Assembly: GCA_024696615.1 (NCBI GenBank)
Contig: JAILGS010000090.1
Span: forward strand, 26,069-90,068
DNA from: Lachnospiraceae bacterium
GTDB lineage: Bacteria > Bacillota > Clostridia > Lachnospirales > Lachnospiraceae
Direction of reading: 5' to 3'
Length of the DNA stretch: 64,000 nt
Part shown: piece after piece, positions 57,093-64,000 of the stretch
How positions within the stretch are numbered: the first letter of the stretch is position 1
Layout of the letters: the number at the start of each line of letters is the position of its first letter
Position numbers and translations under genes: made by a program
Notes under the pieces: model-generated
Seen by the model: only the letters and a program-made list of their open reading frames with translations
Databases searched by the model: none
What the model was told of the DNA's origin: nothing

Positions 57093-58228
57093 AATTATTA
57101 TTCTGGCAGTGGAACGCATTTATGCAAAAAGGCATGGAGCGTGGACTAAAGAATCTTTCGATTCCATATGAGGTATTGTCCTATATTCCGAAGGACTGGG
57201 AGTCGGATCCTTTCATGGAAGCCGCCTTACAAAGCGCCTGGGAGAAGGATAACTTTGATGGGATTCTTTCTGTGAATTTTTGTCCGATCGTGTCAGATTT
57301 TTGTGAGGCCAAAAAAGTTCCTTATTATAGCTGGATTTATGACTCACCCCTGCATCTTCGAAATCTAAGGAGCCTAGGAAATTTCTGGAATCGAGTCTAT
57401 GATTTTGACCGAGGACAAGTGGAAGAATTTCATCGTATGGGCTATGGGGGAGTTAAGTATCTCCCACTGGCAGCGGATCCGGAAGTGTTTTTACCAAATT
57501 CGGATGGTAGGGATCCTTCCTATGTAACAGACATTGCCTTTCTTGGCAAATTATATCAGTCGGAATATGCCTATCTTAGTGCACCCCTGGATCAGTGGCA
57601 CCGTGGAAAATTAGAAGGCATGGTGAGTGCCCAACAGGTGGTGCCTAGCGGATTTATCCTGGATCATCTTTTGACGGATGCCTGGATGGAGGAATGCAAT
57701 GCCTTCTATCAGGAAAAAAGTAATCAGACGGTGAAGGTATCCAAAGAAGAGATGCTTTATACCTGCGCCTGTGAAGCCACGGGAAGAAATCGTAAAATGG
57801 CACTGGCACTTTTATCCAACCGTTTTCGCGTGGATCTGTATTCCGCAGATGAGCCCCAGGGACTATCCGCAATAAATTCCCATGGATATGTGGATTATTA
57901 TGGCAAAATGCCCAAGGTCTTTGCCAATGCCAAGATTAATCTGAATATTTCCTTATGTAATATTCGAACGGGAATTCCTCTACGAGTGCTGGATATTATG
58001 GCCTGCGGTGGTTTTGTAATCACCAATATGCAGGAAGAAATCTGGGAGTATTTTACGCCTGGAGAAGATATCGTGGTATATGAAAATCTAGGGGATCTAG
58101 TGAATCTTTGCCAGTATTATCTGACCCACGAAGAGGAGCGGCGCCGTATTGCATATGCGGGGCAGCAGAAAATAAAGGAATGTTTTACATTTGAGCGGGG
58201 GCTACGAGAAATTCTTGGCCTAGTTTAG
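57089..58228 (+). CDS. CgeB-family (spore-maturation-protein-like) glycosyltransferase
   Basis: 379 aa with an ATGA overlap with the upstream gene. ...INLNISLCNIRTGIPLRVLDIMACGGFVITN... is shared with 58246-59412. Confidence 0.5.
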   Translation: MKLLFWQWNAFMQKGMERGLKNLSIPYEVLSYIPKDWESDPFMEAALQSAWEKDNFDGILSVNFCPIVSDFCEAKKVPYYSWIYDSPLHLRNLRSLGNFWNRVYDFDRGQVEEFHRMGYGGVKYLPLAADPEVFLPNSDGRDPSYVTDIAFLGKLYQSEYAYLSAPLDQWHRGKLEGMVSAQQVVPSGFILDHLLTDAWMEECNAFYQEKSNQTVKVSKEEMLYTCACEATGRNRKMALALLSNRFRVDLYSADEPQGLSAINSHGYVDYYGKMPKVFANAKINLNISLCNIRTGIPLRVLDIMACGGFVITNMQEEIWEYFTPGEDIVVYENLGDLVNLCQYYLTHEEERRRIAYAGQQKIKECFTFERGLREILGLV

Positions 58229-58245
58229 CGAAAGGGGACGGGAAG

Positions 58246-59412
58246 ATGAAGATTCTTGCCTGGGAACATAAGAATTTTGGAATTGAAGATATGAAGGAAG
58301 CCATGGCGAATCTGGGAAATGATTTTCGCGTTATTTCCACGGAGCTTTTGTTAGAACGAAGCAGTAAGGAATTTGATGCTCTTTTTGAAGAGGCGATGGC
58401 GGACCGCCCGGATGTGGTCTTTTCTTTTAATTACAGCGCGGTGATTTCCAATAACTGCAATCGCTACGGCATTCCTTATGTGGCTTGGGTGTACGATAGT
58501 CCGCTGTTAGTGCTCTATTCCTATACCATCACCAATCCCTGCAATTTCATCTTCCTTTTTGATAGTGCCCAGTATCTGGAGTTAAAAAACGGCGGCATCG
58601 ATACGGTATATTATATGCCACTGGCTGCCAATGTGGACCGACTGGCGCGAATGCGTGCCAAAATCGATGACAAGGTGCATGATGTGTGCGATAGCGCCAT
58701 CTCCTTTGTGGGCTCCATGTATAATGAGAAGGGAAATTTTTATGAGCGGCTCGAAGCCCTTCCCGACTATGTGAAGGGATATCTTGAGGGCATCATGGAA
58801 GCGCAGCTAGAAGTCTATGGTGCGAATTTTATCGAGGAATTATTAACTACCAATATTCTTGAGGAGATTCAGAGGGTGCTCCCTTATCGTCCGGCGCCGG
58901 GGGGCGTGGAACGTCCGGCAAGAGTCTATGCGGATTATTTCCTAGGACGCAAGATGGCCCAAATAGAGCGACAGCGAATCCTTCAGATGCTTTCTGAGAA
59001 GTATCCGGTGAAGCTTTTTACCCATCATGCCACCCCAAATCTACCGAAAGTAACGAATATGGGGGCCATCGATTATTATGATGTGATGCCATATGTGTTT
59101 ATGTGCAGTGATATTTCCCTTAATATTTCCCTGCGCAGCATTCGAAGCGGCATCCCTCTTCGCTGCATGGACATTATGGGAGCTGGAGGCTTCCTTTTAA
59201 CCAATTATCAGGCGGATTTTGGGAATCATTTTGTTGCCGGCGAAGATTATGTATATTACGATTCTGCGAATGATTGTTTAAGCAAATGTGATTATTATCT
59301 TTCCCATGCCTCAGAACGCAATCAGATGGCAGCCAATGCCTTAGGAAAGATGAAAGAATTTCATACCTATGAAGCGACTTGGAAGAGGATGATGGAATAT
59401 CTTCCATTGTAA
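58246..59412 (+). CDS. CgeB-family (spore-maturation-protein-like) glycosyltransferase
   Basis: 388 aa. ...ISLNISLRSIRSGIPLRCMDIMGAGGFLLTN... makes it a paralogue of 57089-58228. Confidence 0.5.
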   Translation: MKILAWEHKNFGIEDMKEAMANLGNDFRVISTELLLERSSKEFDALFEEAMADRPDVVFSFNYSAVISNNCNRYGIPYVAWVYDSPLLVLYSYTITNPCNFIFLFDSAQYLELKNGGIDTVYYMPLAANVDRLARMRAKIDDKVHDVCDSAISFVGSMYNEKGNFYERLEALPDYVKGYLEGIMEAQLEVYGANFIEELLTTNILEEIQRVLPYRPAPGGVERPARVYADYFLGRKMAQIERQRILQMLSEKYPVKLFTHHATPNLPKVTNMGAIDYYDVMPYVFMCSDISLNISLRSIRSGIPLRCMDIMGAGGFLLTNYQADFGNHFVAGEDYVYYDSANDCLSKCDYYLSHASERNQMAANALGKMKEFHTYEATWKRMMEYLPL

Positions 59413-59420
59413 TAAAGTGT

Positions 59421-59459
59421 AAAAAAATACGGGAACGATAGGAAATCGTTCCCGTTTTG
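59421..59459. terminator. bidirectional rho-independent terminator (CgeB-like island / aroD)
   Basis: A7 run, then the 11-bp stem ACGGGAACGAT / ATCGTTCCCGT, then TTTT. Sits between convergent genes. Confidence 0.85.
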
Positions 59460-59470
59460 ATTGTGGGGGC

Positions 59471-60265
59471 TTACTCCTTCACCCACAGGCTTAATGCGTC
59501 GTGGAGTCGATCGGCTTCCACCTGACCTGGTGCGGAGGCACGACCTACGCATCCGAAGGTGAGACAACTACCAAAGGTCTGACCGGATAAGCGGCTAACT
59601 AATCCTAAATTTCCCATGGACATGGTGATGACTGGCTTTGGTAAGGTTTCATGTGCCATGGTGGTGGCAGCAAGAAGGGTTAATACATCCTCCGCAGCCT
59701 GAGGCATCACAGCAACTTTGCAGATATCACTACCCATTCGATCCATGTAGGAGAGTCGATCAAAGAGCTCCTGCTTGGATGGGGTCTTATAAAAATCATG
59801 ATTGGAAGCAATTACCTTCATAAAGTGCGCATGTAAGGTGGAAATTAAATCGGAAACGCTACTTTCGTCTGCGATGTAGATTTCCACATCCATGGCATCA
59901 ATCAGTGCTCCCGGTTTGTTGTTAACATGCTCGCATCGATCAATGACTTCAAGAAGGATCTTACGATATTCCCCATAATTACATTCCATCTCGCCTCCTT
60001 CTCGCTTGGTGCGAAGGGTGAAAATCAGCGGAATTCCCCGAAGAATTTCGCGAAGTCCTACGAGAACATCTTCTGTGGAATCTAAAGAACCCTGCTGGTA
60101 CTCGCTAAACCAGTCAGCACGCCATTCTACAATATCAACAGGATGTTTAACGATCTCCCTTGCCTGGGAGAAGATTTCATTAACAGTCTTTCCGGTAATT
60201 GGAAGACAAATCTTAGGGCGGCCCTCCCCTAATATCAGGCCACGAATCTGAACAATCCCTGCCAT
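59471..60265 (-). CDS. aroD: type I 3-dehydroquinate dehydratase
   Basis: 264 aa; PKICLPITG..., DIVEWRADWF, and the Schiff-base lysine context CKVAVMP. Confidence 0.9.
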   Translation of the reverse strand: MAGIVQIRGLILGEGRPKICLPITGKTVNEIFSQAREIVKHPVDIVEWRADWFSEYQQGSLDSTEDVLVGLREILRGIPLIFTLRTKREGGEMECNYGEYRKILLEVIDRCEHVNNKPGALIDAMDVEIYIADESSVSDLISTLHAHFMKVIASNHDFYKTPSKQELFDRLSYMDRMGSDICKVAVMPQAAEDVLTLLAATTMAHETLPKPVITMSMGNLGLVSRLSGQTFGSCLTFGCVGRASAPGQVEADRLHDALSLWVKE

Positions 60266-60561
60266 ATGAATACCATCCTTTCAAGGTATTAATTTAATAC
60301 AATTTCTACTATATCATTTCCACAAAATAGAGTAAAGAACCTATGAGAAAAACACAAGATGTGCTCTCTTTTTTTTCTTGACAAAAAAGTACTAAAAAAG
60401 TGCGAAAAAGCCGTAGACAAGGGAAAGAAAAGGTGGTATGGTAAAAGAAAAGTGGGTCTTTCCATCCTTTTTTAGACCCTTTGTATACAGTGAGTTTTTC
60501 TCTAGAGGCGGAACGGATTCCGCACTGATCCCTAATCTAACAGACAAGGAGGTGACTGTTA

Positions 60562-61833
60562 ATGATTAGTAACGTATATTCTTATTACGCGGCCCAGTAC
60601 GCGAATAAGTCTAATTCTCGTAACGACTCCCATAAACCGGGCGATTTAAAGAAAATCTATAATCGTATGGTGGACATTAACAGAACCTCACCGCTTTATA
60701 AGGTGGATCTGTCCACGGATATGCAAAAACTGGCCATTGATATTAAGGAGAATGCGATGGAATTAAAGGATTTCTCCGATATTCTAGAGGATGCAGCCAG
60801 TGATAAGACTGTGATTAAGCAGAAGGCGGAAAGTTCCAATGAGAAGGAAGTGGCAGCTCGATTTATTGCTACGGAACCACAGGAGATGGAGCTTTATACC
60901 GTGGAAGTGGAACAGCTTGCGACCCCACAGCGAAATTTAGGATATTATCTGCATCCGGATGCACCAATCCTAGAACCCGGGGAGTATTCCTTCGATGTGA
61001 AGATTTCGGATGTAACCTATGAATTACAGTTTGGTGTGGCTGCCGATGATACTGCGCGGGATATTCAGGAACGAATTCACCGCCTGATGAATAAGTCGGA
61101 TATTGGACTGACTTCCACCATCCTAAAGGATTCCATGGGGAATCAAGCACTTGCAATCACTTCCGAAGCCACGGGAACGTATGGAAAACCAACCCTCTTT
61201 GAAGTGATGGATAATACGGACGTATATCGTAATCGTGTGGTGGATAAGTTGGGAATCGGACAGATTGCAGCATATCCGGAGAATGCTATATACCTATTGG
61301 ATGGTGAAGAAAAGACTTCCCCTACCAATCAAGTAACCATCGGAAAATCCGTGGAATTAAAGTTTCGAGTGGCCTCGGGAGAACCGGTGAATATTAGTAT
61401 CGTGGAAGATACGGATGCCTTAATGAAAGATATTGAGAATTTCATGGAAGGATATAATCGGATGATTGATTTTGCCATGGCCAGTGCGGAGAAATTCTCC
61501 GGCGGCGGAAGACTTCTTTCAGAATTCTCAAGAATGACTGCCTCCTACAGTGGTGAACTTGAAGAGAATGGATTTACCATTGCGGAGGATGGAAAGATTA
61601 GTATTGATGAGAGTCATCGAGAACTCTTTAAAGACCGGGAACATGTGACGAAGGTGCTGGAGCAGTTGGAAGATTTCAAAAAATCCGTGGCAAGAAAGAC
61701 GGATCGGTTGATCAGTAATCCGGTGGAATATCTGGATAAGAAAGTGGTGGCCTATAAGGATCCATCCAAGAGCTTTAACAGTCCATATAATGCAAGTACC
61801 TATGCGGGTATTATGTTTGATAGTTCATATTAA
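60562..61833 (+). CDS. divergent flagellar filament cap (FliD / hook-associated protein 2)-like protein
   Basis: 423 aa with AAGGAGGTG RBS. The central and C-terminal regions follow the FliD pattern: YTVEVEQLATPQ; DIQERIHRLMNKSDIGLTSTIL...ALAITSEATG; NAIYLLDGEEKTSPTNQV...; DIENFMEGYNRMIDF; and GFTIAEDGKISIDESHRELF. The N-terminus is atypical. Confidence 0.5.
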   Translation: MISNVYSYYAAQYANKSNSRNDSHKPGDLKKIYNRMVDINRTSPLYKVDLSTDMQKLAIDIKENAMELKDFSDILEDAASDKTVIKQKAESSNEKEVAARFIATEPQEMELYTVEVEQLATPQRNLGYYLHPDAPILEPGEYSFDVKISDVTYELQFGVAADDTARDIQERIHRLMNKSDIGLTSTILKDSMGNQALAITSEATGTYGKPTLFEVMDNTDVYRNRVVDKLGIGQIAAYPENAIYLLDGEEKTSPTNQVTIGKSVELKFRVASGEPVNISIVEDTDALMKDIENFMEGYNRMIDFAMASAEKFSGGGRLLSEFSRMTASYSGELEENGFTIAEDGKISIDESHRELFKDREHVTKVLEQLEDFKKSVARKTDRLISNPVEYLDKKVVAYKDPSKSFNSPYNASTYAGIMFDSSY

Positions 61834-61896
61834 AAAGCGATGTATCCAATTCTTTGGAAGAGTAGTTCGAAAAGAATGGATTCATCGCTTTTTTGT
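61834..61896 (+). terminator. long-stem terminator after the fliD-like gene
   Basis: AAAGCGAT (61834-61841) pairs with ATCGCTTT (61884-61891), with an inner ATCCAATTCTTT / AAAGAATGGAT helix, followed by a T run. Confidence 0.6.
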
Positions 61897-61951
61897 GTCA
61901 TCATCGAATGCCAGGCATGGAATGATATATGGATATTCGTAAAGAAGTTAC

Positions 61952-62767
61952 TTATAAAAGGTCCTGTAACATTAGTTCAATGGCATGAGCACAACCGTCC
62001 GAATCGTTATCGAAAGTTACATAGTCCGCTACTTCTTTTACTGCATCGGAGGCATTGGCCATGGCAACGCCAAGTCCACTTTGGGCAATCATGGTAATAT
62101 CATTGCCACCGTCTCCGAAGGCTGCTAATTCTTCGGTGGTACAACCCACATAGGAGCAAAGCTTGGCTAAGGATTCGAATTTATCAATTCCCTTTGGTAC
62201 AATCTCCATGAAGAATGGGGCGGAAGTAAAGACATTTAATCCCGGTACCATGGAACGAAGGACGGGCATCTCTGCCTCCACTGTTTCAGGATCTTCTGTA
62301 ATGAGAAGTTTTGGAATTGGATAGGTGATAAAGGTTCCTAAATTATAAATCTCTTTCATTGGAAGATGATTAATCCTTGCTTCAATTTCCACATAGCGAT
62401 TCACCTGATTGGTATAGAGGGTATGACCATCTTCGGAATAGGTAAGAATCGAATATCCCTTTTCATTGGCATAATCACAGATTGGTTTTACCACATCCCT
62501 TGGAAGGGAAGTTTCTAAGATGGTTTTCTTCTGCTTGCAATCATAAATCAAGCCACCATTACAGGCCAGGATAAATCCTCCCAAACGCTCTAATTCTAAA
62601 TCCCTCGCAATGGGTTCGATGCCATGTACGGGACGACCGGAGGCTAAGGCAATGGTCACTCCCTGACGGCGTGCCTCGTAGAGGATCTCTTTGGTTTTTG
62701 GGGTGACGATCTTTTGTGAATTGGTTAAAGTTCCGTCCAGATCGAAAGCGAGAAGACGATATTTCAT
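61952..62767 (-). CDS. Cof-type HAD-IIB family phosphatase
   Basis: 271 aa from MKYRLLAFDLDGTL (motif I). Also SGRP (motif II) and GDGGNDITM (motif IV). The longer track start (62815) lacks an RBS. Confidence 0.85.
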   Translation of the reverse strand: MKYRLLAFDLDGTLTNSQKIVTPKTKEILYEARRQGVTIALASGRPVHGIEPIARDLELERLGGFILACNGGLIYDCKQKKTILETSLPRDVVKPICDYANEKGYSILTYSEDGHTLYTNQVNRYVEIEARINHLPMKEIYNLGTFITYPIPKLLITEDPETVEAEMPVLRSMVPGLNVFTSAPFFMEIVPKGIDKFESLAKLCSYVGCTTEELAAFGDGGNDITMIAQSGLGVAMANASDAVKEVADYVTFDNDSDGCAHAIELMLQDLL

Positions 62768-62894
62768 ATGCTTTCCTTTCCATGGGTAAAAAATATAGGT
62801 AGCATTTGCTACCAATCTAATGTATTATAGGAAGGTAGCAAGCAAAAAAGCAAATAGTTCTTTTTTTGTATTATATAATGTACAAAAAATCTTA

Positions 62895-62924
62895 TTGACT
62901 TGATGTTTTATGCTATGCTATAGT
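62895..62924 (+). promoter_or_regulatory. sigma-A promoter of rpmG-secE-nusG
   Basis: TTGACT (62895-62900), 18 nt, TATAGT (62919-62924), with the extended -10 TGc. Confidence 0.55.
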
Positions 62925-63065
62925 TGAAAGGCTTGGTAATAGGTCTTTTTTTTATGCCCAAAATCACCTGACGAGGTGCCCATACATTTAGCATTAAAAA
63001 AAGAAATAGAAGACTAAGGATATGGCCGTTTGGCTTTTTTATAGTATTTTACGGAGGTGGATATT

Positions 63066-63215
63066 GTGCGAGTAAAGATTACATTAGCATGTACAGAGTG
63101 TCAGCAGAGAAATTACGATCTGACTAAGGAAAAGAAGACCCATCCAGATAGAATGGAAACCAAGAAGTACTGCAAGTTCTGTAAGAAGCATACCAATCAT
63201 AAGGAAACAAAGTAA
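63066..63215 (+). CDS. rpmG: 50S ribosomal protein L33 (zinc form)
   Basis: Not in the supplied track (49 aa). GTG start after [54 protein letters not shown] is canonical L33. Confidence 0.9.
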   Translation: MRVKITLACTECQQRNYDLTKEKKTHPDRMETKKYCKFCKKHTNHKETK

Positions 63216-63245
63216 TCCATTCCTTTTTACATGAGGTGACATAAT

Positions 63246-63449
63246 ATGAGTGAAGAAACAAAAAAGAGTAGCTGGTTTGGCACCTGGGCAAAGGGAGTTA
63301 AGGCTGAGTATAAGAAGATTTCATGGCCTACCAAGGATGATTTGACGAAAGAGACGATTTCCGTTGTCTGTGTTACCGTTGTACTTGGTATTCTGATTAC
63401 CGTAATTGATATTGTAGTTCGTTCCGGAATCAGTTTTATCATTGGATAA
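63246..63449 (+). CDS. secE: preprotein translocase subunit SecE
   Basis: 67 aa; KAEYKKISWPTKDDL followed by one TM helix; between rpmG and nusG. Confidence 0.9.
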   Translation: MSEETKKSSWFGTWAKGVKAEYKKISWPTKDDLTKETISVVCVTVVLGILITVIDIVVRSGISFIIG

Positions 63450-63463
63450 GAAAGGGTGAACGT

Positions 63464-64000
63464 ATGTCAGAAGCAGCTGAGACAGAAGCAAAGTGGTATG
63501 TTGTTCATACATACTCAGGCTATGAGAATAAAGTCCGCAACACTATTATGCAGACCGTGCAGAATAGAGGGATTGAAGATTTAATCCTTGAAGTAGCAGT
63601 TCCTTTGGAAATTGATACGGAATATAAGGATGGTCAGACCAAAGCGGTAGAAAGAAAGATGCTTCCAGGTTATGTGCTCGTTCATATGGTAATGAATGAT
63701 GACACATGGTATGTCGTAAGAAATACCCGAGGCGTGACTGGATTTGTTGGTCCAGGATCAAAGCCAGTTCCTCTTACGGAAGCTGAGATGAAGAACCTTG
63801 GAATTAAGGAGACTAAGAAGTCCGACACCATCGTTTCTGAATTCGAGGTTGGCGATACAGTTCAGGTTATCGCAGGTGCTTGGAAGGGCACTGTTGGTAT
63901 CGTGAAGGCAGTGAATGCTCCAAAAGAATCTGCTACGATTACCGTTGATATGTTCGGCCGTGAAACACCGGTTGAAATTAGTTTTTCTGAAATTCAACAT
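63464..64000 (+). CDS. nusG: transcription termination/antitermination factor NusG (3'-truncated by the window end)
   Basis: Open frame from ATG 63464 to the window edge, not in the track. KWYVVHTYSGYENKV (NGN domain) and FEVGDTVQVIAGAWKGTVGIV (KOW). Confidence 0.93.
   Translation, partial: MSEAAETEAKWYVVHTYSGYENKVRNTIMQTVQNRGIEDLILEVAVPLEIDTEYKDGQTKAVERKMLPGYVLVHMVMNDDTWYVVRNTRGVTGFVGPGSKPVPLTEAEMKNLGIKETKKSDTIVSEFEVGDTVQVIAGAWKGTVGIVKAVNAPKESATITVDMFGRETPVEISFSEIQH

Noticed and set aside
60393-60417. Sigma-D/sigma-28-type promoter (TAAA ... GCCGTAGA) upstream of the fliD-like gene.
   Set aside because: The spacer is 13 nt by my count, against the consensus 15, and the -10 matches only GCCG plus the final A of GCCGATAA. 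This is too weak to call. The TTGACA at 60378 also lacks a matching -10.
61840-62097. 85-aa plus-strand ORF after the fliD-like gene.
   Set aside because: It starts inside the terminator hairpin and runs antisense into the 3' end of the HAD phosphatase gene, with no RBS.

Overview
This 64-kb window is a chromosomal segment of a low-GC Gram-positive anaerobe, with nearly all genes on the plus strand. Protein sequences, gene order and frequent extended -10 promoters look like Clostridia/Lachnospiraceae, but that is my inference, not a search result.

Contents in order:
- glgP.
- A ~16-kb, 16-gene glycan/phospho-sugar decoration operon (2.7-18.7 kb): an SDR plus IspD-like cytidylyltransferase, three LicD phosphotransferases, a HisC/CobD-like PLP enzyme, a TagF-like enzyme, a GT8, two GT4s, a GT2-TPR, a CgeB-like GT, an FdtA/DegT amino-sugar pair and two orphan ORFs.
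- eda, with its own promoter and terminator.
- A four-gene unit: two Tyr/acid-rich anchored proteins, an AGE-family epimerase and a 716-aa polytopic membrane protein.
- glmM, galE, and a glmU-like gene lacking the acetyltransferase domain, preceded by a 45-bp tandem repeat.
- pth-mfd, a Cache-GGDEF cyclase, a SAM methyltransferase and a Lys-rich small protein.
- The complete S10-spc-alpha ribosomal cluster from rpsJ to rplQ. This includes rpmD and rpmJ, which are missing from the ORF track.
- ecfA1-ecfA2-ecfT-truA.
- A three-gene CgeB-like glycosyltransferase island where rplM-rpsI normally follow truA.
- aroD (-), a divergent FliD-like protein, a Cof-type HAD phosphatase (-), and rpmG-secE-nusG (nusG cut by the window end).

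I recognised no rRNA, tRNA, CRISPR, transposase, integrase or phage genes.

The best candidate for something undescribed is the large glycan operon. It has no export, polymerase or lipid-carrier priming gene, and it shares a CgeB-like paralogue family with the second island next to the fliD-like gene. I read this as a possible cytoplasmic protein (flagellin?) glycosylation system with phosphodiester-linked substituents.

Secondary points are structured leaders before rpsJ and rpsM, a self-contained rpmJ transcription unit, a 60-nt hairpin repeat bracketing ecfT, and the repeat array upstream of the truncated glmU.
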